The notes: a model not told the origin generated them from the sequence alone. DNA of 64,000 nt from Hormiphora californensis (GCA_020137815.1 CM035356.1:6882001-6946000), one strand, 5' to 3'. Positions 1-21,860 are shown, counted from the stretch's first letter. Numbers and translations are program-made.

Positions 1-43
1 GCGGTGAGAGGACCAACAGTAATCTATAACACTACCAACTCAC

Positions 44-107
44 CTTCGTCATCTGAACTGCTGTCAGAGTCAACTAACTCAGGGGGAGGGTCATCGGGAG
101 GCATCAT
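44..107 (-). CDS. Probable first coding exon of an unidentified gene running off the window, head-to-head with TSPO
   Basis: Minus strand reads MMPPDDPPPELVDSDSSSDDE followed by a consensus G|GTGAGT donor (38-43). No homology recognised. Confidence 0.4.
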
Positions 108-188
108 TGAAGCTAGTCACAGGGAAGTTGTGTTATTGTACAAGAAGATTTAGGAGATTATTATGTTGATTGGGAACGAGAGAGGGGT

Positions 189-273
<85 letters not shown>

Positions 274-419
274 AACAGAATAGGATTCTCAATAGATCAC
301 GTGACAAGGATAGTCTCCTTTCCTGGTTTGTGTCTGCTTCTACACACACTATCCTTCTTCTCTCTACATCTCTGTTGTTGTTACTGTGAGATCTATCTTT
401 TGTCTATCTTTTTTATACC

Positions 420-3416
420 ATGTATAACTGCCATGGTGGTCGTTGGTTATGGTGGGTGATATGCTTGTTCATTCCTACTCTTATCACAATTACTTTATTT
501 ACCTGGCTGGATACCAGTAAAGACACGTAAGTAGAGTGAGAGAGTGTTAGGAAGGGAGACTAAAAAAAGAGATGTTTAGAGCAAAGAGATTAATTTAAAA
601 CTAGAAAGTTTGAGTAAGGAGAGATTAGGAGATAGTTATTTTCTACGGTAGCTGAAGTGAAAGAATTAAAGTTAAAATGAGTGACCCCTAAAGCGCTTGC
701 CAGCGCCACATTTGGTGCAAGGGAGGGAAGGGACACTGCTTGCTGCTGCAACTTGTAATTTTCCAGTACTCACTCACACCCATACTACACTCATATTCTC
801 GAATACACCTGCAGATTCGTTTCCACTTGCACCTGCTGGTATTCTCATATACATCTGACCAGAGCTGAGCTATTCTCTAATACACCTGTAGCTCTTTCAT
901 CTGCACCAGCAGCTATTCTCCCTTCCACCTGCACCGCTATCCTCCCTCTCATCTCTCAGGTATGAGGATCTAATAAAACCGGAATGGTTACCCCTCAGTA
1001 TCAAGGGAGAACCCCTCGCACCAGAAATAATCATGGTCACGTGGTTTATACTCAGTTTCGCACATGGAGCTGCCGGTTAGTGAACAGATCTTTTGATAAG
1101 CAGAGCATACTGCCGGTTCGAACTTATTTTTCTCGATACAACAAATCGTGGAGCGCAATATCAAATAGAATTCCATCTCTCTCCCCTGACTCTAGGCATA
1201 TTGATCACCTATCTTTCTCACTGACCACATGTCTCTATCTAGGTATCATGATGGTCTCTCACTGACCACATGTCTCTATCTAGGTATCATGATCGTCTCT
1301 CACTGACCACATGTCTCTATCTAGGTATCATGATCGTCTCTCACTGACCACTGTGTATGTCTCTATCTAGGTATTATGATCGTCTCTCACTGACCACATG
1401 TCTCTATCTAGGTACATTATGATCGTCTATCACTGACCACTGTATGACTCTATCTAGGTATCATGATCGTCTCGAAAAACACTCCCCACGAAAATTGGAA
1501 ATGCCCAATGATGTTCGCGTTTGCAGTGTTCCTTCTAATTTTCTACTCTTGGCCGGTGTTCTATTTTGTAATAGTTCTTCCTCTAGTGGTAAGTGAACTA
1601 TTTTAGACAAACTCACACACACACAGACACATCACTGATCACACACACAAACTCACACACACGCATTTCACTGATTCTCACATCACATTGTACAACAATA
1701 ATTCCACCCATGGTCCGTTAGTCCGTAGAACAGTCAGCAGCAGTCTCTCCCCCTCCCTTGCACTAGATATCCTACATCCTCAACTACCACGCCACTACTC
1801 CCTATAGATACACCGCACTAGAACAGCCAGAATGGATCCCCGAATATTCCTTCGTACTTCTAGCCGTACTGAACACTGGAGTCAGTATCATCGAGGGGCT
1901 GGGGTTGTCAACTTTTGCCAGCAAACAGGATGTGTTTAGTGCAGCGACATGGACTCCCATATTCCTTGCCCTCACGCTCTACAAGGCTGCATTCTTCGCA
2001 TACATTCTCTCACTCCTCTATTTTGTCCAAATAATGCTAGTAAGTTTTCAGTTTCACTCATTGTAAAATTCAGGCATAAGTTTTCAGTTTCACATTGTAA
2101 AACTCACATCATAAATTCACAAGTAAGCAGCAGCAGAAGCAGTAGCGTCCCTTCCCATTCTTCGATCCTCCTCCGCTCTACCTCCCTCCCTTGAGTCGTC
2201 CATGACACTGTGTCTGGTCTACCTCTCTCCTATGGGTCTTTGACAATGGGCCTCCCATCCTTTCTCCTATGGGTTTTTGACACTGGGCCTCCCATCCTCC
2301 CTCCCATGGGTTTTGACACTGGGCCTCCCATCCTCTCTCCAGATACGATGAATACAAGAAACCCGACTGGACACCCGGTTCCTCCTACGGGGTCATAGCG
2401 GCTGGATATGTTATCACTGGAATGCTTGATGGTATTGCTATTTACGCAGGACTCCAGGTGTCCCGATATGAACTCTTCAAGAGTGTATCTACTGCAATTG
2501 TGTTCCTGTTTTTCAAAGCTTTCTACTTCATTTGGCCAGCACTCCTGTTCTACTTTGGGAACCTTATCATGGTACGGCGTACGCCTTCACACAGTAATTT
2601 ATTTTCACACACAAATCTACATAGTCACATAGCCTCATATGCTTTTCATCACAGCGCTAACAAACATACTCATCCTCATACTGAACATGCAGCAGCAAGG
2701 TGTCCTGTCCCCCTCTGGCTCTCTCCCTCTCCCTCCTTCTCTCTCTGGCTCTCTCCCCTCCTCCTTCTCTCTCCAGCTCCATCCATCTCTCCCCTCGACT
2801 CTCGATTTCCACAGTTACGAGGAATTATCCCACCCCAATTTCCTTCCCTCTGGAACCTTCTTCCCCATCTCCGGAGCGGGTCTTGTGTTCACCGGACTCT
2901 TTGAGGGAGGAGCACTTATGGTAGCCATCCACTCAACTGATTACAAGGCGGTACGGAGCAGATTGATCTTGAACATCGGGTTGAACTTCAAGATATTGAC
3001 CTACCTCTGGCCAGTATTTCTCTTCGGGTACACTCAACTCATGGTGGTAGGTATGATGAGAAATTCAAAAACAAAAGAGCCGGGAAACGGGGTTAAAAGG
3101 GGCTACTGCAGCTGCTGTACTGTTTCAATTAACATGCTCACTGTATCACACTCCTCTCACATCTTAATCACAAATCATATATTTTGTTTCTATGTACTTT
3201 TATCCATCTTTTACACTGACTAAAAAACTGATAAATATTTCTCTTTTTCAGACTTTCCTGATTGCATGCTTAGCGGCCGTCAGTGCGTTTATCGTTCTGG
3301 GATTATTTGTAAAACTCTATGATTTTGCTGGAATCCTCATGCTACCATCGTGCTTATGGTTCACTGCTCTGAGCATCTACAGTTACTATTTGTGGACCTT
3401 GAACAAGAGCGACTGA
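420..3416 (+). CDS. TSPO: Translocator protein (TspO/MBR family) with four alternative middle cassettes; isoforms of 166-172 aa
   Basis: Constant exon 1 is 420-526 (MYNCHGGRWLWWVICLFIPTLITITLFTWLDTSKD, phase-2 GTAAGT donor). Constant last exon is 3252-3416 (TFLIACL...AGILMLPSCLWFTALSIYSYYLWTLNKSD*), resembling the TSPO TM5 pattern AxxLLxPYxxWxxF...WxxN. Cassettes carry YxxLxKPxWxP-like and WPxFxF-like motifs. Spliced length matches TSPO (~170 aa, 5 TM). Confidence 0.85.
714..750 (+). promoter_or_regulatory. Candidate RNA docking site in TSPO intron 1
   Basis: GGTGCAAGGGAGGGAAGGGACACTGCTTGCTGCTGCA is reverse-complementary to segments at 907-935, 1735-1763, 2130-2193 and 2688-2705, one upstream of each cassette. 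Confidence 0.7.
960..1588 (+). CDS. TSPO: TSPO cassette A (two exons, 960-1075 and 1458-1588)
   Basis: YEDLIKPEWLPLSIKGEPLAPEIIMVTWFILSFAHGAA-G-IMIVSKNTPHENWKCPMMFAFAVFLLIFYSWPVFYFVIVLPLV. Enters phase 2, has an internal phase-1 intron, exits phase 0 at GTAAGT; 247 nt (3n+1). Confidence 0.8.
1216..1472 (+). repeat. Six tandem 41-46 bp copies of a 3' splice site plus exon start
   Basis: Unit CTCACTGACCACATGTCTCTATCTAG|GTATCATGATCGTCT; the AGs end at 1242, 1283, 1324, 1370, 1411 and 1457. Confidence 0.9.
1808..2039 (+). CDS. TSPO: TSPO cassette B
   Basis: TAG acceptor and GTAAGT donor, 232 nt (3n+1). YTALEQPEWIPEYSFVLLAVLNTGVSIIEGLGLSTFASKQDVFSAATWTPIFLALTLYKAAFFAYILSLLYFVQIML. Confidence 0.8.
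2343..2571 (+). CDS. TSPO: TSPO cassette C
   Basis: CAG acceptor and GTACGG donor, 229 nt (3n+1). YDEYKKPDWTPGSSYGVIAAGYVITGMLDGIAIYAGLQVSRYELFKSVSTAIVFLFFKAFYFIWPALLFYFGNLIM. Confidence 0.8.
2815..3046 (+). CDS. TSPO: TSPO cassette D
   Basis: CAG acceptor and GTAGGT donor, 232 nt (3n+1). YEELSHPNFLPSGTFFPISGAGLVFTGLFEGGALMVAIHSTDYKAVRSRLILNIGLNFKILTYLWPVFLFGYTQLMV. Confidence 0.8.
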
Positions 3417-3447
3417 GGACTACTGCTACTGGGGAGACGAAATACAA

Positions 3448-5082
3448 CACGGTGCACCAGAAGGATCGTCAACCCAAAGTTGAGCCCACAAAACAAACTT
3501 TTGTTGGGGGTGACCCAGGAGGCCTTCCTGAACATCCCCACGGTGAGAAAAGTATATGTTATCGGGGGAATTTTTTGTTAAAATCGAAAAAACTGGTTTT
3601 TGGTCCAAATTTGTGCATAACTTACTTGACTGCCGTTTGATGAAATATCTGATTGACATAAAATAAGTATACAAGACCTATTTTTGCACGAGGAATCGAT
3701 TGCCGGTGGAGAGAAATCTCTAAAATGACCGGAAAATTGTCAAATATGGGAATTTTGTCATTTTTTTGAGGTTTTTGGCCCTTTAACCATTGAAAACGTT
3801 GAGATAGGAAGTTGGCAATAGCGCCAATCGTTAAAATGGTCATTTTTCTACGGGATCCCAAAATTTCATGTATATCCGATTTATGGTTAGATTTTGGCAA
3901 ACTATTGAGATGTGCTTACTGAAAAAAGGATAACTTGATTTTCTCGTTTTTTGCGATTTTTTAACTTTTGACAGAATTCTGATTGAAATGGCCAATCAGG
4001 GCCATGCTAAAGTTGTTTATGGGACAATTTTCGACCAAAATCCAAGATTTCATGCAAATCCAATGACAGATCATTGGTTTATAGAAAGTTGAAATAGGCA
4101 AAAAAGGCCAATTTTTACCATGAAAATAAAAATTCACATTTTTTCTGGTCAATTTCCGTCAACAACTGGTACCCTACCTATTTTTGCACGTAGAATCGAT
4201 TGCCGGTGGAGTGGATCCTCTTAAATGATTGGAAAGCGGTCGAAATGCCATTTTTGGGCGTTTTTTTGGGCCTCCAAAAAATGGCATTTCGACCGCTTTC
4301 CAATCATTTAAGAGGATCCACTCCACCGGCAATCGATTCTACGTGCAAAAATAGGTAGGGTACCAGTTGTTGACGGAAATTGACCAGAAAAAATGTGAAT
4401 TTTTATTTTCATGGTAAAAATTGGCCTTTTTTGCCTATTTCAACTTCTATAAACCAATGATCTGTCATTGGATTTGCATGAAATCTTGGATTTTGGTCGA
4501 AAATTGTCCCATAAACAACTTTAGCATGGCCCTGATTGGCCATTTCAATCAGAATTCTGTCAAAAGTTAAAAAATCGCAAAAAACGAGAAAATCAAGTTA
4601 TCCTTTTTTCAGTAAGCACATCTCAATAGTTTGCCAAAATCTAACCATAAATCGGATATACATGAAATTTTGGGATCCCGTAGAAAAATGACCATTTTAA
4701 CGATTGGCGCTATTGCCAACTTCCTATCTCAACGTTTTCAATGGTTAAAGGGCCAAAAACCTCAAAAAATGACAAAATTCCCATATTTGACAATTTTCCG
4801 GTCATTTTAGAGATTTCTCTCCACCGGCAATCGATTCCTCGTGCAAAAATAGGTCTTGTATACTTATTTTATGTCAATCAGATATTTCATCAAACGGCAG
4901 TCAAGTAAGTTATGCACAAATTTGGACCAAAAACCAGTTTTTTCGATTTTAACAAAAAATTCCCCCGATAACATATACTTTTCTCACCGTGGGGATGTTC
5001 AGGAAGGCCTCCTGGGTCACCCCCAACAAAAGTTTGTTTTGTGGGCTCAACTTTGGGTTGACGATCCTTCTGGTGCACCGTG
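3448..5082. mobile_element. 1.6-kb foldback non-autonomous DNA transposon with Chapaev/CMC-like ends
   Basis: Two ~810-bp near-perfect inverted arms with a ~20-bp spacer near 4265. Termini CACGGTG...CACCGTG are flanked by the 4-bp direct repeat ACAA (3444-3447, 5083-5086). Confidence 0.8.
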
Positions 5083-5307
5083 ACAAAAGACTTCAGTTTT
5101 GAGTTTTATGTAACGAACAAATAACAATGAGCGATGTTTTATACTGCAACTCTCAGCTTACAAATCTGTAAATTTTATCTGTGAATTATCAAATTGGGCT
5201 TTTTTGAGAAATAAACAGGAAGAGCTACGAGGCGAGGAAAACCTTTGTTATACCCAGTCCTTTTGTTAAGTATTACAATGGTTTTCGGGTAACGACTCCA
5301 TTTTATC

Positions 5308-5449
5308 ATGAGGAGCCTCGGAAATGTTCAGGTCATGCACTTTCAGGTCACGCCCACCAATCACAGCTCAGAACGCACGGATCACAAGAGCTGTGATTGG
5401 TGTGCGTGACTTGAATGTGCATGACCTGAACATTTCCGAGGCCCCTCAT
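5308..5449. mobile_element. Short palindromic MITE-like element
   Basis: ATGAGGAGCCTCGGAAATGTTCAGGTCATGCAC...GTGCATGACCTGAACATTTCCGAGGCCCCTCAT. Confidence 0.65.
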
Positions 5450-5451
5450 CG

Positions 5452-5676
5452 TAAAGTCGGATTTTTTGAAACTGTCACCCCCCTGAAATAACAAATTTGT
5501 CATATCTCCGGTTCCTAATAAGATAGAGACTTGAAATTTGGAGGTTCGGAAGAACTTAGCAAGATCTTTATAACCTCCAAATTTCAAGTCTCTATCTCAT
5601 CAGGAACCGGACTTATGGTCATTTAAAGAAATTTGAAAACTCAGGGGGGGTGACAGTTTCAAAAAATCCGACTTTA
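5452..5676. mobile_element. MITE; second copy at 47305-47530
   Basis: TIR TAAAGTCGGATTTTTTGAAACTGTCACCCCCC at both ends; a near-identical copy lies 42 kb away. Confidence 0.8.
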
Positions 5677-6455
5677 TTCTTAAGCATTGGCGAAGCTAGG
5701 CTGTGTCCAGTGTGGTCCTGGAAGTTGGAATTGGCATACGTTGCAGGCCCCTTATAATATAATATAAGGGGCCTGGAGGGAATACCGCGCTGGGGGGGAA
5801 TACATAATCAATCATATCTCCGGTTCCAGATAAGGTACAGAAATCGTTTTGGTAGCGTTGGAAAGAGGAAGATAAGAGCTTTTAAATGCAACCGGTTTCA
5901 GGTCTCTATCTTATCAGGAACAGGAGATATGAACCAAACTCCGCAAAATCGAGTGCGGTAAAATCGAAATTTGAATGAAATTTAAAAAAAGGTGTCCCTG
6001 CAGGAATCTGTGACGTCACTTTTTGAAAACAACCCATCTTTCAACGGCTATTGCTCAGCCTCCTTAAGTCCAATTAACTTCTCTCAAAAACAGCAAGGTA
6101 GATAATCGTCAGATCTAACAACTGGTGAAAGAATCAAGTCAAACGGACTACAGGAGCCAAAGTTATAAGCACCGCCGTTTTTTCGACCGCAAAGTTATCT
6201 TCGACCCAGCCGGGCTCAGGCCAAACGCGCGCGCGGCATTCCCTTCAGTCCCCTCGTTGCGGGGGTGCGCGCATGAGGGGGCTGCAGCGCATTCCAAAAG
6301 TTGGAACACCGAACAGGACGCACTTTTCAGTTTTCGTCGCGGGAAAGGAAAAAAAAATTCTGGCGCGCGGCTTTTTTGGCAGCGTTTTAAGTGGACAAAA
6401 TTCGCGCGTTACATTTACTTAACTCCCACGCAATATTTTTCTTTGGGCCCATCAA

Positions 6456-6678
6456 AGGGATCCCTAATAAAGTTGTGACTTGTCACTGTAGTCTTGCGGA
6501 GGCGCGGTTGTGACTTGTCACCGCGTGTGCGCGTACCAAAACGCACGTGGTTCCCACTGCGCGTAGCTGCGGCGCGGCGCAAACCATGCGGTGACAAGTT
6601 ACAATCGCGCATTTTGAAGCCGCGCCGCCACGGGAACCACATGTTTGGTGACAAGTCACAACTTTATTAGGGATCCCT
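6456..6678. mobile_element. MITE with AGGGATCCCTAA ends; related element at 46781-47223
   Basis: Inverted termini AGGGATCCCTAATAAAGTTGTGACTTGTCAC...GTGACAAGTCACAACTTTATTAGGGATCCCT. Confidence 0.75.
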
Positions 6679-7055
6679 AATTCAAAATGCGACTGATTTT
6701 CTTTTCATTTTTTGGTCATTTTTTTTTTCAAAAATTTGACCACCTGAGCGGCTCAAAGCTGTCTGTTTACAGCCACGGACCCTACTTGCTCCGCCCTACA
6801 CCCTGCCAGGACTCCAATGAGCCGAGTTTGACCTCCACACCCAGCTGGTGTTCCGCCACAGACCCTGGACACATTTATGCTCCACGGCCGAGAGCCGGCA
6901 CGGGGCACCGCCCCTTTTGGAAACCCAAATATATTTTAACATATTTTCAAGCTGGTCAGAATTCATTAACCCGATTTTATTGAATTATATCCCCATTAGC
7001 ACATGACATCGTCTCCTGTAAATATGGTTTGAGATCATGAGCTCGAATTGTTGTT

Positions 7056-18068
<11,013 letters not shown>

Positions 18069-18294
18069 CCCCAGGACACTCTGTGTGCAAGACACTGATT
18101 TTCAGAGACCGGCCTCGTGAGCTGCATGAGAGGAATATGTTTGTGTAGCTTTTGTTGAAATAGAGAGTGCCGTTGTCAGGACAATACTCTGACAGGAGTT
18201 CCGTGCCAGTTCTCTCTCAGATATATCGCCAGACAGGTTCTGCACCTGTGTGAGGAGGGATGTTTTTAAAAGGGCTGCAATTTATCTTTCGAGG

Positions 18295-18339
<45 letters not shown>

Positions 18340-18657
18340 CAGAGAGAAAGAGAGAGAAAGAGAGGAAGAGAGAGAGGTATCATTATGCATTGCCACCACT
18401 TTCATTGCCATGGTAGGCTGACATCCACTGTCATACGTACCTTTTTTAAAGTCACGTGGCCACGCTGGCCTCTGCCCCTATTATAAATATCTCAAACCAC
18501 CCTGTAAAATATGTAAATATGAGCGGGCCTGGATGCCGGCCTCTAAAAATAATGCGATAGGTTTATCTCAGCTTGCAGGCTGATAGGAAATCGCATTTTA
18601 GTGACACATTTTACAGCTTGTCATCTTTTAGAAGAAAGAGAGAGAGAAAGAGGAGAG

Positions 18658-18707
<50 letters not shown>

Positions 18708-19244
18708 TAGAAGAGAGAGAAGGGGAAAGAGAGGGATAGGAAGAGGGAGAAGATAGGGATAGAGAGAGGGAGAGAGAGAGAGAGAGAGAGAGAGATGCAG
18801 AGAGAGAGAGAGAAGAGAGAGAGTAGGAAGAGAGAGAGAGAGAGAGAAGAGATAGAAGAGAGAGGAGAGTAGAAGAGAGAGAGAGATGCTGAAGATCCCA
18901 AGCTGTGTGTAGAACATTTTTGCAGAACAATGTTTTTGCAATTGGTAAAATATGATGAGAAAAAGCAATTATATAATCAAACAGATCACAATTCTTCTCA
19001 AACAATTACTCAGAACGTAAACTCTTTAAATTGATTTTTAAAAACAAAGTTTTCGTTTCTTTGTTCATTCTTTCCTAGTCAGAGATTTATCGTTTACACC
19101 AAAACTTCACGATTGACACTTTTGGACTCATTCACATTGTCTAAAGAAGCACGGTGGTTTACTGTTAACCACTAATTGACAACTAAGCATCTGTCACAAC
19201 TATTACATTATCACACAAATACATATTAAAACAGAACTGATCTC

Positions 19245-20777
19245 CTATAACTCTTCTTTAGGCTCTTCTCTCCTTGGCCTTTTCTCGGGAGCTTTCTCAC
19301 TCGGCGACAAAGTTTCTTCATTTTCTATCACAGTGTCACCCATTTGCTGACTGTCTGCTGTCACAGTGTCACCCATTCTCTGACTGTCTGCTGTGAGGCT
19401 GTCACCCATTTTCTGACTGTCTGCTGCTAGGCTATCACCCATTTTCTGACTGTCTGCGGCGAGGCTGTCACCCATTTTCTGACTGTCTGCTGCTAGGCTA
19501 TCGCCCATTTTCTGACTGAAACTAACAACCGGTTCACCACCCACCATCTCACTATAACTAAGTTTCGGAGTCTCACTTGGTATGGACATTGGCTCAACAT
19601 CATTCAAGATCTGCACCGACTGGGTAAGTTGACCCATCATCTCATTGTTCATATTGTTGTCATTTTGACCCTCACCAACACTGTCTCCCATCTCTTGAGT
19701 TTCAATTTCCTCCTCCTCCTGAGGAAGTTCCTCTTCTTCCTCATCATCCTCATCCTCCTCTAACAACCACTCCCAGACAGACTCTCGAGCAGTATGACTG
19801 GTCCAACTATGGTCAGGTGTCCCGGCTGACCTAATCCCAGGACCCATCCTGGTGTCCAATGGCTTCCCCGAACTCACCCAATTCACCACCCTCACCCCAT
19901 GACCTATCTGACCCCACTGAACACCATCAGTTAGCGCCACCCTCCGCACGACCCTCCCAAAATTAGGGAACTCCTTTGCCAGCCTCTGAACAACAACACC
20001 CCCGTAACTATGCGCCACGATCATCACACTTCCCTCGGTACACCCCTCTAGAAACTGGTTCCAAACCGTAAAGGCGTGCTCAACAGGGCTACCCGATCCA
20101 ACGAAACGACCCCCAGACTCATTCGTGTTCAACACCAGGATATCGAGATTGTTTTTCTGGGCCCAGGTTATGTAGGGGAACATAGCACCAGCATTGAGGT
20201 CATTGTTCATTATAATTGCACGTGCCCACATGCCAGCACGAACAGCCCCACTACCATTGATCAGGACCAGTTTATCGGCGGATGAAGTACTGAATCCAGG
20301 AGATGCAAACACAAATGATCGGGGTTCAATACTGTCAGGAGGTGGGTCAGAATTGTCAGGGTGCTTTGGTGATTCAGAATTGTCAGGGAGTGGTTCAGCA
20401 TTGTCAGGGGGTGGTTCGGCATTGTCAGGCTGGCTCGGTGGCGGTGGTTCAGTCTCTGTTACAAGTGTTTCAGTTCCAGTTTCAGTTTCTACCGGTGCTG
20501 CTGATGGTAACGGTGGAACTGAAATCCGTTCCAGCCCGTAATCCTCCTCTAACACCGTATAAACATGTTGCGTAACGGCATCCCCAATCCGCTCATACCG
20601 AGCCTGGTTCTCATACCGCGTTTTGAGGACATTAAACTCGAACTTGTTGTCATGGTCATCCAGGAATTCGCCCTCCGCGGTAAACCGGTACTCGGTGTTT
20701 TCAACTTTTCGTGCTACAGCCATGCTTGATAGGGATAGAAGGGGAAGTGAGAGGAGTAGGAGGGACCGTATTGCCAT
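19245..20777 (-). CDS. FAM172A: FAM172A/Arb2-domain protein, intronless, 510 aa
   Basis: Motifs RYERIG, LINGSGAVRAGMWARAIIMN, SPVEHAFTVW, VAHSYGG, VALTD, NWVSS, SAGTxxH. Hydrophobic N-terminus and C-terminal KEEL; 11-aa SQKMGDSLAAD repeats near 19340-19520. Confidence 0.9.
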   Translation of the reverse strand: MAIRSLLLLSLPLLSLSSMAVARKVENTEYRFTAEGEFLDDHDNKFEFNVLKTRYENQARYERIGDAVTQHVYTVLEEDYGLERISVPPLPSAAPVETETGTETLVTETEPPPPSQPDNAEPPPDNAEPLPDNSESPKHPDNSDPPPDSIEPRSFVFASPGFSTSSADKLVLINGSGAVRAGMWARAIIMNNDLNAGAMFPYITWAQKNNLDILVLNTNESGGRFVGSGSPVEHAFTVWNQFLEGCTEGSVMIVAHSYGGVVVQRLAKEFPNFGRVVRRVALTDGVQWGQIGHGVRVVNWVSSGKPLDTRMGPGIRSAGTPDHSWTSHTARESVWEWLLEEDEDDEEEEELPQEEEEIETQEMGDSVGEGQNDNNMNNEMMGQLTQSVQILNDVEPMSIPSETPKLSYSEMVGGEPVVSFSQKMGDSLAADSQKMGDSLAADSQKMGDSLAADSQKMGDSLTADSQRMGDTVTADSQQMGDTVIENEETLSPSEKAPEKRPRREEPKEEL

Positions 20778-20811
20778 GCTTTTAAGAAATTGTTATTCAG
20801 TCAACGGGTAG

Positions 20812-20953
20812 AAATGATAGGGTGTAGGGGGAATTGATAGGGTGTAGGGGAAATGATAGGGTGTAGGGGAAATGATAAGGTGTAGGGGGAAATAATAGGG
20901 TGTAGGGGGAAATGATAGGGTGTAGGGGGAAATAATAGGGTCGATAGGGTGTA
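20812..20953. repeat. ~20-21 bp minisatellite
   Basis: AAATGATAGGGTGTAGGGG repeated about six times. Confidence 0.85.
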
Positions 20954-21860
20954 GAAGGAGGGGGGGGGGGTTATTGGAGAGAAACTGGAAGGGCCGTGGT
21001 CGGGTGGAAACTAAACTGTTTAGATTTTCAGAAGTGTCTGGGATTACGTTCGTAAAGACGGTTTCTATAAATTCTATGGGGATGGACTTTCTCATCTGAT
21101 CTGAAATGATGTTCATTGCACTGTCACTATCATCACCATTTCTTTCAATAACTTCAATCCTGCGTAATTGACCACAATATATGGAAAGGCTTACACCTCT
21201 GTATAATATATGCACATCAGGTAGTGCTTCTGTGGTCCAAAATAGACGCACATTACAAGGGGGCTGCACCAGGTTCATCTGTGGCAGAGAGAGAGGTGCA
21301 AGAGAGATAGAGGGGGAAGATTGTTATTGATAAGGAGGTGGGGTGCAGTGCATAATAGCTCTCTAGGGGAATAGACAGACGGGAGGGGAGGGTATAGGTC
21401 ATATCCGGGTCGTGAGGGGCTTGCATTCTCGCTAAATCTGCGGCCTGCCAACACCTGCAGTAATCAAAGCGCTTGCTCTCTCTCTATCATTTGATCGGGG
21501 GTCCCTTTATTTTTAGTTACCCGTCTGTACCTCTCGCTTGGCATTTCGAAGCTAAGCACATAACTGCATATTGAACAGAAGTTTTTCAACAAGTAGGTAA
21601 GTCATTTAATTCCTTTTTCAAAGGAAAGTCATTCCTTTCAATCATCCTTTGGGCAGTCCCTTGTTTCTACTAAGATGAACAGCTACTACAGCTCTAGTCG
21701 AGTCAACACCTAACTTAGCTGGAAATGTTTCAAAGACTTTGCTGTCTGCTGATTAGATCCTTTATCCAATATATTCCAGTAGTGATTGCACTTGACTGTT
21801 GACATTTGTATACAGCACATCCCCGCTCACCTTTGTTTCCCCCCTCTTTTCAGCCCGATA

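Noticed and set aside
161-349. ORFs of (SL)n or (ER)n here and at 11121-11486, 13169-13548, 18611-19005, 39983-40300 and 54565-54861
   Set aside because: They are translations of (GA)n/(CT)n microsatellites.
420-3416. Reading the TSPO region as four tandem genes or one multi-repeat membrane protein
   Set aside because: Only one first and one last exon are found, and cassette-to-cassette splicing is out of frame and hits stops.
3448-3500. CACGGTG terminus as a RAG recombination signal or ProtoRAG/Transib end
   Set aside because: No nonamer at 12 or 23 bp, the TSD is 4 bp rather than 5, and there is no transposase.
20793-21278. 161-aa minus-strand ORF preceded by a good acceptor
   Set aside because: No recognisable domain and its 3' third is minisatellite. 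It could be a UTR or small exon but is unsupported.
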